Origin: Candidatus Ozemobacteraceae bacterium
GTDB taxonomy: Bacteria > Muiribacteriota > Ozemobacteria > Ozemobacterales > Ozemobacteraceae
Direction: 5' to 3'
DNA length: 64,000 nt
Assembly (NCBI GenBank): GCA_965140445.1
Contig: OZ223236.1
Coordinates: forward strand, 3,552,001 to 3,616,000
Both the position numbers and the translations under genes were made by a program. The notes beneath the pieces were generated by a model. That model was not told the origin of the DNA and made no database searches. It saw only the letters and a program-made list of their open reading frames with translations. Of this stretch, positions 30,037 through 40,449 are shown piece after piece (within the stretch, counting starts at the first letter, position 1; each line of letters begins with the position of its first letter).

Positions 30037-31428
30037 CTATTCTTTTTCCAAATGGGTTTTACCACCAAGATATGGTCTTAAAGCTTCTGGAATAAAGATT
30101 CTGCCATTTTCGTCCTGGAAATTTTCTACAATAGCAACCCAGGTTCTTCCTACTGCTAAACCAGATCCGTTAAGGGTGTGGACAAAAGCAGTCTTTGCTT
30201 TCTTTTCAGTTCCCTTAAATCTGATTCCCGCTCTGCGAGCCTGGAAGTCTCTGAAGTTAGAACAAGAACTAATTTCTCTGTAAGTATTTTGAGTTGGGAT
30301 CCAAACTTCCAGATCATAAGTCTTGGCTGCAGAAAATCCTATATCACCGGAAACTAGTGACACAACCCTATACGGTAATTCAAGCAGCTGAAGAATTTTT
30401 TCCGCATCATTTAATAGCAACTCAAGTTCATCGCTGGATTTATCTGGATGAGCAAACTTGACTAACTCAACCTTGTCAAACTGATGTTGCCTGATTAGTC
30501 CGCGGGTATCTTTTCCATAACTGCCAGCTTCGCTTCGGAAACAGGGGGTATAAGCCGTTAGCTTTACAGTTAGATCAGATTCTGGAAGTATTTCACCTGC
30601 ATAAAGATTAGTTAGTGGTACTTCAGCAGTTGGAATCAAATAATAATCAGTGCCTTTAAGCTTGAAAAGATCTTCTTCAAATTTTGGCAGCTGACCAGTT
30701 CCACGCATTGCATTTGAGTTAACCATGAATGGAGGAACAATTTCTTTATAGCCATGCCGATCAGTATGAACATCCAGCATAAAGTTAATCAGCGCTCTCT
30801 CAAGCTTGGCACCAGCTCCACTTAAAACAGAGAACCTGGACCCGGCAATCTTTGTTGCTCTTTCAAAATCCAGAATATTAAGCTTTGAACCAAGATCAAC
30901 ATGATCAACAGGCTCAAAATCAAACTCAGGTTTTGTTCCGAAAGATCTTACTTCAACATTCTGCGTTTCATTTAGACCTAATGGAGTTGTTTCATCTGGC
31001 ACATTTGGAAGAGTCATTAAAAGTTCATTTAATTCTTCATCCAATTCGTTAACAGATTTTTCGTATTCCTTAATCTGATTGGAAACTTCCTTCATTCCAG
31101 CCAACAAGTCGTCAGCGGGATCACCATTGGCTTTTCGCTTGCCAACTTCTTTGGTAACAGTATTGCGTTCATTTTTAAGATTCTCCAGCTTAAAAATCAG
31201 ATCACGCCTTTTCACGTCCAACTCTTCAATTGGAAGAATCTTTTCTATTTTTACCTTGGAGGAATTTTCTAAGAGACAATTAAGAACAGCGTCTTTATCG
31301 GCGACATCGACCCCTGCTTCTCTTAGGATAGCAGCGTTGCTCTCTACATTTAATCCTGCTTCCCCGCGTTTAATTAAGGCGCGAACAAGCTCTTCAGGAT
31401 TGTTTCTAATCCATTTTATATCAAGCAT
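30037..31428 (-). CDS. serS: Serine--tRNA ligase
   Basis: [36 protein letters not shown] and [11 protein letters not shown] motifs. Confidence 0.98.
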   Translation of the reverse strand: MLDIKWIRNNPEELVRALIKRGEAGLNVESNAAILREAGVDVADKDAVLNCLLENSSKVKIEKILPIEELDVKRRDLIFKLENLKNERNTVTKEVGKRKANGDPADDLLAGMKEVSNQIKEYEKSVNELDEELNELLMTLPNVPDETTPLGLNETQNVEVRSFGTKPEFDFEPVDHVDLGSKLNILDFERATKIAGSRFSVLSGAGAKLERALINFMLDVHTDRHGYKEIVPPFMVNSNAMRGTGQLPKFEEDLFKLKGTDYYLIPTAEVPLTNLYAGEILPESDLTVKLTAYTPCFRSEAGSYGKDTRGLIRQHQFDKVELVKFAHPDKSSDELELLLNDAEKILQLLELPYRVVSLVSGDIGFSAAKTYDLEVWIPTQNTYREISSCSNFRDFQARRAGIRFKGTEKKAKTAFVHTLNGSGLAVGRTWVAIVENFQDENGRIFIPEALRPYLGGKTHLEKE

Positions 31429-31467
31429 TGACTAATTTCCTCCGTTATTGGTGCATTGAAGGCTGAT

Positions 31468-31496
31468 AGAATACATCTTCAAAAAAAAACTTTCAA
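31468..31496 (-). promoter_or_regulatory. Candidate sigma70 promoter for serS
   Basis: Minus strand TTGAAA-17 nt-TATTCT with a TG extension. Confidence 0.4.
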
Positions 31497-31507
31497 GGAA
31501 AACTTAT

Positions 31508-32206
31508 TCAAATCAAATTGGGCTGCTCGGGTCTGAAAATTTTCAGAGGCTCAATACATTCTTCTGAATCGTTTCTGGCGTCGTTTACATATTTTGAAAC
31601 GGCACAGACGCATATTTTAACCAATGTGTTTTTCTCTAATATCATTTGGTGCCAATTACTTAAAAAAGGATTTTGAAGCCATTTATGAGCATCTTTTTTA
31701 TTCAAAATTACTGGCATCCGATGATGTATGTCTGAAACCGGATCGATTGCAGATCGGGTAATGATTGAACAAGTTCTCAGCTCTTCCCCGCCCTTTCCAT
31801 GCCAATATTCCCAAATTCCTGCAAAAAGGAAGTGTTCTTCGTCTGCTGGAGTAAAATAGTATGGTTGAGGTTTTCCTGGCTTTTTCTGCCATTCATAAAA
31901 ACCAGATGCAGGAATAATGCATCTGCGATACTTGAATGGATTTTTGTATGAAGGTCTATCGAGCAAGGTTTCTGACCTGGCATTAATCATTTTCGCTGCT
32001 TGTGAGCAATCTTCAGCCCAAGGAGGAACTAACCCCCATGAAAAAAAATCCCATGCGAAAACTTTTCTGTCATGGTCGTAAATAATAGCTAAAACAGGTT
32101 GCAATGGGGCAATATTAAAACGATTAGCAAAAGTGGGCATGGCGGGTAATAAAAAGTGGTCTATCAACCACTTAATATTACCCGTAAAAGTAAATCTACC
32201 GCACAT
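31508..32206 (-). CDS. SRAP/YedK-family abasic-site processing protein
   Basis: N-terminal MCGRF, NIAP, WGLVP, INARSET, RCIIPASGFYEW and IHHRMPVIL. Confidence 0.93.
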   Translation of the reverse strand: MCGRFTFTGNIKWLIDHFLLPAMPTFANRFNIAPLQPVLAIIYDHDRKVFAWDFFSWGLVPPWAEDCSQAAKMINARSETLLDRPSYKNPFKYRRCIIPASGFYEWQKKPGKPQPYYFTPADEEHFLFAGIWEYWHGKGGEELRTCSIITRSAIDPVSDIHHRMPVILNKKDAHKWLQNPFLSNWHQMILEKNTLVKICVCAVSKYVNDARNDSEECIEPLKIFRPEQPNLI

Positions 32207-32221
32207 TTTTCAACTACAAAA

Positions 32222-33511
32222 CTAAAGTGAATCTTTTCGTTGATTTGCTTTAAAAATCTTATAAGCTCTAAGAGCTTCAGCCATAATTCTTATAGACTTT
32301 TTCATTTTTTCCGGATCAACTACGAGAGCTATTCGAACTTCATTTTTTCCGCGCTCGGGATCCATATAAAAACTGGCCGCTGGAGTTACTGCAACAGTTT
32401 CTCCACCAAGATTAAATTTTTCCAACATAAAGTGGCAGTATTCAGTAACATCATCCAGCTCTGGAAATTTTATCATCAAATAGAAAGCACCTTGAGGACG
32501 GGGGGCAACGACATTAGGCAAATGCTCCGCGATAGCTTCCATTGTCGCGTCAAGCCTTTCTCTATAGGTATTCCTAAGATTTTCCAAATAATCTGGACGA
32601 GATAAAACAGCATCATATGCTCCTGCAACTCCATATTGAAGAAGATCAGAAACGCATGCAATTGTGTGAGCTGCAACTAAAGCAATTTTCTCAACGATTT
32701 CAGGTTTACCTATAACAAAGCCAACCCTGACACCGCAAAGAGAAAAACATTTGCTTGCAGAATCAATCACAATAAGGGAATTTTTAAGTTTTTCATTTTC
32801 TTCATCGTTTTCCAGATTTACCTGTAAAACGCTAAAGGCTTCAGTATCCCCAAGAATCATTTCTCTGTAGACTTCATCGGAAATAAGAAAAATATTATTC
32901 TTAATAGCCACACGACAAAGCGTTTCTACTTCTGCCGGAGTGAAAATTTTTCCTGATGGGTTATTTGGACTATTAAATAAAATAGCTCTTGTTTTAGGAG
33001 TAATATGCTTTTCAATTTCTTCGGCACTTGGAAGGGCAAATCCGTCTTCTGCGTTGGTTGGAACAGATTTCAGGATTCCTCCGGAAACTGCTAAAAAACC
33101 AGTGTAAGGCGTAAAATACGGTTCAATACAAAGAATTTCATCACCAGGCTCACAAATAGCCAGAAATGTGTTGCTTAAAGCATGAGTCGCCCCTGCTGTT
33201 ACAAGAACATTTTCTGTATCAACAACAAGGTGAGAAGCCCTTCTTCTATCAAAATAATCATTCAAATACCTCGCATATGTCTCTCTCAGGTATTTCTCAC
33301 CAACAAAAGGTGCATAATTAATTTGTCCAGTAGCGGCCTTTTCTTGAACTCTTTCAATGAATTCAGGAATACATTCAATATCGGGTTGCCCAATATTTAA
33401 TTCATAAACAGTTTTTCCTTCAAGAACAAGCTGTTTAGCAATTGCCATCATTTTTCTAATGGGGCTTGGCGAAAGGTATTTTACTCTATTTGCATATCTC
33501 TCTTCTAACAT
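32222..33511 (-). CDS. PLP-dependent aminotransferase, class I/II
   Basis: LNIGQPD, NSPNNPSG, ISDEVYRE and SASKCFSLCGVRVG motifs. Confidence 0.92.
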   Translation of the reverse strand: MLEERYANRVKYLSPSPIRKMMAIAKQLVLEGKTVYELNIGQPDIECIPEFIERVQEKAATGQINYAPFVGEKYLRETYARYLNDYFDRRRASHLVVDTENVLVTAGATHALSNTFLAICEPGDEILCIEPYFTPYTGFLAVSGGILKSVPTNAEDGFALPSAEEIEKHITPKTRAILFNSPNNPSGKIFTPAEVETLCRVAIKNNIFLISDEVYREMILGDTEAFSVLQVNLENDEENEKLKNSLIVIDSASKCFSLCGVRVGFVIGKPEIVEKIALVAAHTIACVSDLLQYGVAGAYDAVLSRPDYLENLRNTYRERLDATMEAIAEHLPNVVAPRPQGAFYLMIKFPELDDVTEYCHFMLEKFNLGGETVAVTPAASFYMDPERGKNEVRIALVVDPEKMKKSIRIMAEALRAYKIFKANQRKDSL

Positions 33512-33571
33512 TTTGGCCTTCCCTCGCTTTTTATTTTATGCACATATTCTATCAACATTTTCGACAAAATT

Positions 33572-33603
33572 AAAGAAAAAGGCTGGGCTATTTTGCCCAG
33601 CCT
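33572..33603 (-). terminator. Intrinsic terminator of the gld-like operon
   Basis: Minus strand AGGCTGGGC-AAAATA-GCCCAGCCT followed by TTTTCTTT. Confidence 0.8.
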
Positions 33604-33636
33604 GTCAAATCAACGCTTGTAATAAGAATCAGCCAG

Positions 33637-35061
33637 TTAAGGATTTTCTTTTTTGGGTTCTTCGACCGAAACTTCTTTACTGGTAGAAATTTCAGCCGCT
33701 GAAGTTGCATTATTATCTTTTATAACAACCTTTTCCTTTGAATTGAGCTGTGAGTTAAGTTTTTCAAAAGCATCTCTAAATGCCAAACCTGTTACTTTTA
33801 ATTCTTCTCCAGCCCAAACAGAAAGATTAATTCCCTCCACTTCTCCAAGGAAAATCTTATCCGTTTTATCCCCTGCAATTAATTCTGCAAATGGAGCTGT
33901 TTTTAACTCAGCTTCTGATAGCAGGTTTTCTTTTCGTTTTTCCGCAGGTAGAAAGTCTGAAATAAGAGCTGCTTCATATGTTTCAAGAAAACTATCAACG
34001 TTTTTTGAATTAGATGAATTACCATTTTCAACCCATTTGGAATCTACCTTTTTTAGATGATGAGTTCCTGAGCTGTTATGAAGTTTAATTTCTGTAATAT
34101 CTTTAATAGCCAAAGATCCCAAGGCTTTACCCCTCAAAGTATTAATGTCTTTGGCAATACTTTGAATATCAGACTTTTTAACCGCATAAACAGATTTATC
34201 TATTCCATTACTTACATAAATGTCCTGACCTGAGATTTCACCGCAAACAAGCTTATATTCCTTGCCATCTTTGTTCTTTAAAACAAACTCATACTCAGGA
34301 GTTGCGAAACCAAAATCATCCTTTTCGCCTGGATTGTCTTTGATAAAAGCTGCTATTCTCAAATTACGCATTCCAGAAATCAAAGTAGTAATCTCAGCTA
34401 TATCACCAGATAAAGATACAGGCTTCACAATATTCCATTCCAGGGCTTCGGCTTTTTTCAACAGAATTTCGTCTTTCCCTTTCTGTTTAATGGAAATTTC
34501 GGAAATATTGTTAAATTCTTCGTGAAACAGATTTCTACTTCTTAGATCATCAAATTTTTTCACTAATGACGACTTCAGGAAAGTCGGAACCATAAAGATT
34601 CTTGAATCTCCAGTTTTTGCAAGATAGATTGAACCACCAACAGGAACATCATTTCCAATGATTAATTCTTCTGTTTTATCAGCAATTTTTACAATTAACT
34701 TTGAAGAGTTGGTTCCAATTCCGTAATCAGAAGTCTGAGTAGCATTTTCAGCAATTACTAATTCGGATTTCAGGTCTTTGAGATGATTGAAAACCCCATC
34801 AAGTTCGGAAGCTTCAACAAAACAGGGCAAAGGTTTTGTAATACTAAAATCACCCTTTTCATTTTTGGAGACTTCAACTAGTTCTTTACCATTTTTATTC
34901 CAGGTTATTGAGGAAACGTTTTCCCTTGTAGCTTTAAGTAATTCTACAGGCTTCTCAACACCCTGTGGCAAAATTTCCTCTGTTTCAAAGTAGTTAGCAT
35001 ACAAACCCAAAGCTATCAGTATTACTACTGCAATAATTGTGGGCATAAATCTTTTTTTCAT
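33637..35061 (-). CDS. DUF4340-domain periplasmic protein (three repeated modules)
   Basis: N-terminal TM; repeated ...W.I..P...D/yGl..P...iG modules; typical position after GldG. Confidence 0.75.
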   Translation of the reverse strand: MKKRFMPTIIAVVILIALGLYANYFETEEILPQGVEKPVELLKATRENVSSITWNKNGKELVEVSKNEKGDFSITKPLPCFVEASELDGVFNHLKDLKSELVIAENATQTSDYGIGTNSSKLIVKIADKTEELIIGNDVPVGGSIYLAKTGDSRIFMVPTFLKSSLVKKFDDLRSRNLFHEEFNNISEISIKQKGKDEILLKKAEALEWNIVKPVSLSGDIAEITTLISGMRNLRIAAFIKDNPGEKDDFGFATPEYEFVLKNKDGKEYKLVCGEISGQDIYVSNGIDKSVYAVKKSDIQSIAKDINTLRGKALGSLAIKDITEIKLHNSSGTHHLKKVDSKWVENGNSSNSKNVDSFLETYEAALISDFLPAEKRKENLLSEAELKTAPFAELIAGDKTDKIFLGEVEGINLSVWAGEELKVTGLAFRDAFEKLNSQLNSKEKVVIKDNNATSAAEISTSKEVSVEEPKKENP

Positions 35062-35063
35062 AT

Positions 35064-36674
35064 TTAAACCCTCCTTCTAATCAAAAACACAATTCCACCA
35101 AAAATAATTACAGCAAGTGGCGAAATAATTACGCTCAAGGTAAAAATTCTATTTGCAGAATCTTTATCCAGAAGAATTCTCGGGGTTTCTAATTCTTTTG
35201 GTCTGATTGAGATTAGCTGCTCCTGGTCTGTCAACCAGTTAACTGAATTCACAAGTAAGTCTTTGTGTCCTGAATTGGCAAGCAGGTAGTTAGACGCAAA
35301 ATCCGAATCCCCGAAAATTATCATTTTGCTACCAGAAGCAACTTCAGTGTTTTCAATAGCAGCTCCAAGTACCATCTTTCCTCGGGTGTCATTTTTCTCA
35401 TCATAGTTTGGAGATGCTGCTGCACCAGATTCAACATTGTTTTTAGCCCATGCTTGAGGAATAGTTGTGAGGATTTCACTGGATTTTATTCCTTTTCGAG
35501 CTTCAATAGTCAGGGATCGGCAATGGAACATCAATACATTTAAATTGCCATCTCGAATCGGGTTAACGATCTGATGATTTCCAAGTTCTCCTGCAACCAG
35601 CCAATAGTTATTTTGAATTCCTCTTGGATCTACAACCAGGTTATTGTTTGGCAATACTCCAAATTTTCTGGTTAGAAAACTATCAAGTCGCGGAGTATCC
35701 ACCATAGGATCCAAAGCGACTAACAATCGACCGTTTTTATTAACAAAATTTTCGATTTTTGTTATTTCTGAATCCAAAAAGTCTTTCTTTGGAGATACAA
35801 TAGCCAGAACTGAAAGATCTTCTTCAATATCACTTTCAAGAAGGCTCACTTCACCGACATCATAATTTTCGCGAACCAGGATTTCGTTTGCACCTGCAAA
35901 ACCGGCTCTTTTGAAATCACTGATTTTACCTTCCCCATGGCCAGTAACAAATTGTATCTTCTGCTTCTTTCCGCTAATTACATTAATGATTGCAGAAGTT
36001 ATCATTTGCTCACCCTTAAAGCGAGGCTGGCTATCTGGGCCTGCATTTGGGCCCTGCTGTTCAATCAAATCCTGCGGAAAAATATCTTTCCTATTTGTTT
36101 CACATTGAACAACAATCGTTCCTGGTTGCAAAATCCTCATAGCTTTTGTGGTCATTGGATCTCTTAATGGATCAACAAAAACGACTTTAAGCTTGTCAGA
36201 CTGCCTTTTGTATTCGTTTAAAAGATCTTTAATCAAACTCTCGTCTGATGTGTTTTTTGGAAAAAAGGCACTTATTTTTACTTCTCTGTCGAGTGACCTA
36301 AGTGTCTTTATAGTCTGATCAGAAATAGAAAACATTTTGTTGCGGGTAAAGTCGTAGCGGAAATTTCTGCGAAAACCTATATGAGCTACCAATACCCCAA
36401 TTCCAATAATAGTCAAAATCAAAACAAGGTCGTTAACCCACAGTAGCGTCTTTTTGCTGGCAAAAATTTCTTTAAACAATGCAGGGCGAAGTATAATTGA
36501 CAAAGCAATCAAACCTATTCCCAGGCCAAGACTTCCATAGGTATAATTCAATTGACTTGGAAAATTAATAAAAAACAGTCCAGCGGCCAATGCGCTAATT
36601 AGCCCTAATATAAAAATAATATATGGATAAACTGGTATTTCTATTCTTCTTTTGTCATTCATATTTATCTCCAC
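35064..36674 (-). CDS. GldG-family ABC transporter auxiliary component
   Basis: RYDFTRNKMFSIS, FVTGHGE, GRLLVALDP, FGDSDF and NSVNWL motifs; C-terminal TM ending in RRRV. Confidence 0.85.
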   Translation of the reverse strand: MEINMNDKRRIEIPVYPYIIFILGLISALAAGLFFINFPSQLNYTYGSLGLGIGLIALSIILRPALFKEIFASKKTLLWVNDLVLILTIIGIGVLVAHIGFRRNFRYDFTRNKMFSISDQTIKTLRSLDREVKISAFFPKNTSDESLIKDLLNEYKRQSDKLKVVFVDPLRDPMTTKAMRILQPGTIVVQCETNRKDIFPQDLIEQQGPNAGPDSQPRFKGEQMITSAIINVISGKKQKIQFVTGHGEGKISDFKRAGFAGANEILVRENYDVGEVSLLESDIEEDLSVLAIVSPKKDFLDSEITKIENFVNKNGRLLVALDPMVDTPRLDSFLTRKFGVLPNNNLVVDPRGIQNNYWLVAGELGNHQIVNPIRDGNLNVLMFHCRSLTIEARKGIKSSEILTTIPQAWAKNNVESGAAASPNYDEKNDTRGKMVLGAAIENTEVASGSKMIIFGDSDFASNYLLANSGHKDLLVNSVNWLTDQEQLISIRPKELETPRILLDKDSANRIFTLSVIISPLAVIIFGGIVFLIRRRV

Positions 36675-37375
36675 CTTTCTGATTCAAGTACTCTAGTAGC
36701 CAGAAATAGCCAGATAAAAGTAAAAACGATAAAAAAGGCAACGTTCCCTGAATCCACTATTCCGCGAATGAAATCAGAATACCTATCAAAAATTGATAAT
36801 CCGCCTAGCATTTGTCCAAACTCATTATCCAGAGCATGTTTGGCCCAACCAAAAACCCAAAACATTATGGAAGCGCCAAAGCTGATCATTGCTGAGATCA
36901 CTTGATTCTCTGTTAAGCTGCTGGCAAATATTCCAAGAGAAATAAAGGCAGCTCCCAGTAGCGCCAAACCAATATAGCCACTATAAATTGGTCCAAGATC
37001 TACATTGTTCGCATACTGAAGAAGAATTGCAGGAAATTGAAAGGTTAATATTATTAGAATTAGATACAGAACAAAACAAGCAAGAAACTTCCCCGTAACA
37101 ATTTCTACAGGAGAAATCGGAGAAGTCAAAAGCAGTTCCATAGTCTTATTCTTTTTTTCCTCACTAATTAATCTCATCGTTAAAACGGGAGAAGCGAGAA
37201 GCAGGATAAAAGCAGCATTGTAAAGAAGAGGCTGAATTGATGCGACTTTCGTTCCAACCAGAACAACCCAGAAAAGATAGCCTACGATTAGCAAAAATGA
37301 AGAAAAAACAATATAGGCTATGGGAGAAAAGAAATAAGATTGAAGCTCTTTTTTCATTATGGCCCAAATTTTCAT
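36665..37375 (-). CDS. ABC-2 permease, GldF-like
   Basis: KELQSYFFSPIAY, LTMRLISEEKK..TMELLLTSP, GKFLA and TENQVI motifs. Confidence 0.9.
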   Translation of the reverse strand: MKIWAIMKKELQSYFFSPIAYIVFSSFLLIVGYLFWVVLVGTKVASIQPLLYNAAFILLLASPVLTMRLISEEKKNKTMELLLTSPISPVEIVTGKFLACFVLYLILIILTFQFPAILLQYANNVDLGPIYSGYIGLALLGAAFISLGIFASSLTENQVISAMISFGASIMFWVFGWAKHALDNEFGQMLGGLSIFDRYSDFIRGIVDSGNVAFFIVFTFIWLFLATRVLESERWR

Positions 37376-38322
37376 GCTGCCTCCTTCTTCTCTTCGCGTC
37401 CGGTAAGTTTGAGGAATACATCTTCGAGAGTTGCTTTTACCGGAGTTATTTCTCTAAAAATGATTCCAGATTTAACTGCCTCACTGAATAATTCATCAAA
37501 TCGATTCTCATCTTTCATCGAAAGTGAAAAAGCAAACTCATCGCCCATTGGCTCCAGGGAAGTAATAATTGCTCCGGAAAAGTTGTCGAAGGTTTGACGC
37601 CATTTCTCATCTTTTGATTTAAGTTTGATTTTCCAAGAAGACTCACCAGAAGCTTTTCTTTCAAGATTTTCAACAGAATCTTCTGCAACAATCTCGCCTT
37701 CATTAATGATTACAACCTTGCTACAGGTCATTCTCACTTCTGACAAAATATGAGTTGATAAAATAATGGTATGATCGCTGGAAAGATTTTTAATCAATTC
37801 CCTAATTTCAATAATCTGATTGGGATCTAGCCCGACAGTAGGTTCATCCAGAATTAAAACTTCCGGGTCATGCAACAGAGCCTGGGCAAGGCCAACGCGT
37901 TGCCTGTAACCTTTAGACAGAGTTCCGATAATTCTATGGAAATTATCTTTCAGGCCTATTCTTTCTATTACCTCTTGAATCTTTTTGTTCTTAATTCTGG
38001 ACGGTAGTTCTTTAATATCAGCAATAAAACTTAGATAAGAACTGACTGTCATTTCATGATATAAGGGCGGGGTTTCAGGTAAATATCCCAGCCTACGACG
38101 AACTTCAATTGAATCTTCAAAAATATCAAATCCTGCAACCTTTGCTTGCCCAGAAGTCGCTGGGAGAAAGCAGGTTAGAATTCTCATTGCCGTAGTTTTA
38201 CCTGCACCATTAGGTCCAAGCAAGCCCAAAACTTCACCAGCCTCGACTTCAAGACTGATATTGTTAAGCGCTCTAAAGTTATCATAATACTTTGTGATGT
38301 TTTTCATCTCAATCACAGGCAT
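37372..38322 (-). CDS. ABC transporter ATP-binding protein, GldA-like
   Basis: GPNGAGKTT, LSKGYRQRVGLAQA and LDEPTVGLDP; ATG at 38322 after AGGAGG. Confidence 0.93.
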   Translation of the reverse strand: MPVIEMKNITKYYDNFRALNNISLEVEAGEVLGLLGPNGAGKTTAMRILTCFLPATSGQAKVAGFDIFEDSIEVRRRLGYLPETPPLYHEMTVSSYLSFIADIKELPSRIKNKKIQEVIERIGLKDNFHRIIGTLSKGYRQRVGLAQALLHDPEVLILDEPTVGLDPNQIIEIRELIKNLSSDHTIILSTHILSEVRMTCSKVVIINEGEIVAEDSVENLERKASGESSWKIKLKSKDEKWRQTFDNFSGAIITSLEPMGDEFAFSLSMKDENRFDELFSEAVKSGIIFREITPVKATLEDVFLKLTGREEKKEAA

Positions 38323-38493
38323 TTCCCTCCTTATAAGTTTTGCAATTGTGAAGTCGGCCAAATAGACTATTCAAATTTCAAAAGGTTCCGACTTTCTTTA
38401 AATTTTCTTGTTTCTTTGTATACTCGTGCACTATAAACTTGAAGATGCACCATTTTTCTGGGATAATTCCGTCATACCATTAAGGAACTTAAT

Positions 38494-39264
38494 ATGCAAA
38501 CGCTAGGAATATCACTTATAGCACATAATGAAGAAAAGCAAATTGCCAATGCGATTGAATCGGCAATGTTTGCTGATGATATCGTTCTCATTAACTGTGA
38601 GTCAACCGATAAAACAGTGGAAATTGCACAAAAATTTCCAAAAGTAAGAATTTTTGATAGAGCTAACAATAAAAACCTGAATTTGAATAAATCTTTCGGC
38701 TTTGAGCAGCTTACCACAGATTGGATTTTTTACCTTGATCCAGATGAAGTAATAACACCACAACTTGCAGCTGAAATCCGGCAGATAATTAACTCTGACA
38801 GTGAATGTTGTGCATATAAACTCCCAAGAAAAAATTTCTTTTTTGAAAGATGGTTAAGCCATGGTGGTCAATATCCAGACACACAACTGCGACTATTTAA
38901 AAGAGGAAAAGCTGCTTTTCCAAACAAGCATGTACATGAAATGCTTAAAGTAGAAGGAAAAACCGGCCGTCTAAAAGAAGCCTTTGAGCACCATCCATAT
39001 CCATATGTGGAAGACTATGTAAGAAAAATGAATTTTTACACAACTTTTCAGGCTAATTTTTGGATTGAACAAAACCTTTCACCGTCGATTTTCAATACCC
39101 TTAAATTTATGTTTTTTAAACCCTATTTCAGGTTTTTACGCAGGTATTTGTTAAAAGGCGGATTTAAAAATGGCTGGCAAGGGTTTGTGGCTGCAATTGG
39201 TGATTCTTTTCAGCATGCGGTTAGCTATGCCAAATTCCTGGAGATGGTAAGAGATAAAAAATGA
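38494..39264 (+). CDS. Glycosyltransferase family 2 (LPS beta-1,4-glucosyltransferase WaaE/KdtX-like)
   Basis: HNEE, STDKT, WIFYLDPDE, YPDTQLRLF and VHE motifs. Confidence 0.85.
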   Translation: MQTLGISLIAHNEEKQIANAIESAMFADDIVLINCESTDKTVEIAQKFPKVRIFDRANNKNLNLNKSFGFEQLTTDWIFYLDPDEVITPQLAAEIRQIINSDSECCAYKLPRKNFFFERWLSHGGQYPDTQLRLFKRGKAAFPNKHVHEMLKVEGKTGRLKEAFEHHPYPYVEDYVRKMNFYTTFQANFWIEQNLSPSIFNTLKFMFFKPYFRFLRRYLLKGGFKNGWQGFVAAIGDSFQHAVSYAKFLEMVRDKK

Positions 39265-40379
39265 AAATTTTGCAGATTTTAAATTCACCCAACTGGAGCG
39301 GGGCTTCAAACTATTGTATTCAAGTTTCTAAGGAGCTTATGGATCTTGGTCACGAAGTTCTTTTAATAACAGAGCCAGGTAAACCATTAAAAAGAGCAAC
39401 AGAAGTTGGAATACCAACCGACGATACCATTCGGCTCAACCATAGAAACCCATATCTCTACTTGCATGCTTTTAAACGCATGAAGCGAATTATTTCAAAA
39501 TTTAAACCAGATATTATTTCTGCCCACATCAATGAAGGTGCCTGGATGGCTGGCCTAATTGCTAAAAGCTATTTTCCAGAAACGGTAGTTGCAAGAGTGA
39601 GAACTGACATAGATCCCCCTAAAGGACATGCAATAAATAGATATGTTCATCATAAATGGACAGACCACATAGTTGTTGGTTCTATTCAACACAAAAAGCT
39701 TTGTCAGCAGATTCTTGATTACTCCCCGGAAGACCTGTCCGTCGTTTACGGTGGCGTGGACACCCAAAAATTTCACGCAGAAAATGACCCAGAAAAAAGC
39801 TTCCGCAAAGAAATCGGAGCAAGAAAAGAGGAAGTTTTGGTTGGCTTGCTTGCCCGTTTAGATCCTGTGAAAGGCCATGAATATGCAATTGAAGCTTTTT
39901 CAAAAATAAAGGACATAGAAACTCCTTTCAGAATTATTGCTTTAGGTTACGAAAATGAAAGAACCTTTTCATGGTTAAAGGAACTTGCCCAAAAATTTGG
40001 TGTTTTAGACAGACTCCATTGCTTTGATTACAGAAACGATATTGAAAAGGTTTTGTCTTCATTGGATTTGGGTCTAATAAGTTCAATTGGTTCGGAAGCA
40101 AATTCGCGTGCAGCCCTTGAATTTATGGCCTGCTCTAAGCCAATGGTAGCAACTTCTGTCGGAGTTATTCCTGAGATAATCCAGGATGGTGAACAAGGAT
40201 TTATTGTGCCTCCTGGCAATTCAGTAAAAACTGCGGAAGCTTTGAAAAAAATAATTCAAAATCCATTTTTAAGAGAAAAAATGGGAAAAAGTGCCAGATC
40301 AAGAACCATGGAAAATTTTTCTTTAAAAAAGTTTGGCTCAGTAATGGAGCACGTTTACCAAAAGCTATTAACTAAATAA
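39261..40379 (+). CDS. Glycosyltransferase family 4
   Basis: ARLDPVKG, EANSRAALEFMACSKPMVATSVG and EIIQDG..GFIVPP motifs. Confidence 0.9.
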   Translation: MKILQILNSPNWSGASNYCIQVSKELMDLGHEVLLITEPGKPLKRATEVGIPTDDTIRLNHRNPYLYLHAFKRMKRIISKFKPDIISAHINEGAWMAGLIAKSYFPETVVARVRTDIDPPKGHAINRYVHHKWTDHIVVGSIQHKKLCQQILDYSPEDLSVVYGGVDTQKFHAENDPEKSFRKEIGARKEEVLVGLLARLDPVKGHEYAIEAFSKIKDIETPFRIIALGYENERTFSWLKELAQKFGVLDRLHCFDYRNDIEKVLSSLDLGLISSIGSEANSRAALEFMACSKPMVATSVGVIPEIIQDGEQGFIVPPGNSVKTAEALKKIIQNPFLREKMGKSARSRTMENFSLKKFGSVMEHVYQKLLTK

Positions 40380-40392
40380 CATAGACCTGCCA

Positions 40393-40421
40393 TTGACTTT
40401 TTTCTCTCTCTAAAATAGAAT
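40393..40421 (+). promoter_or_regulatory. sigma70-type promoter
   Basis: TTGACT-17 nt-TAGAAT upstream of the GGDEF-metG run. Confidence 0.7.
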
Positions 40422-40449
40422 CCATTCATTCTAAACGGGGTACACTGAC

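Noticed and set aside
31429..31507. T-box leader for serS (and likewise metG)
   Set aside because: The intergenic space is far too short and no T-box consensus is present.
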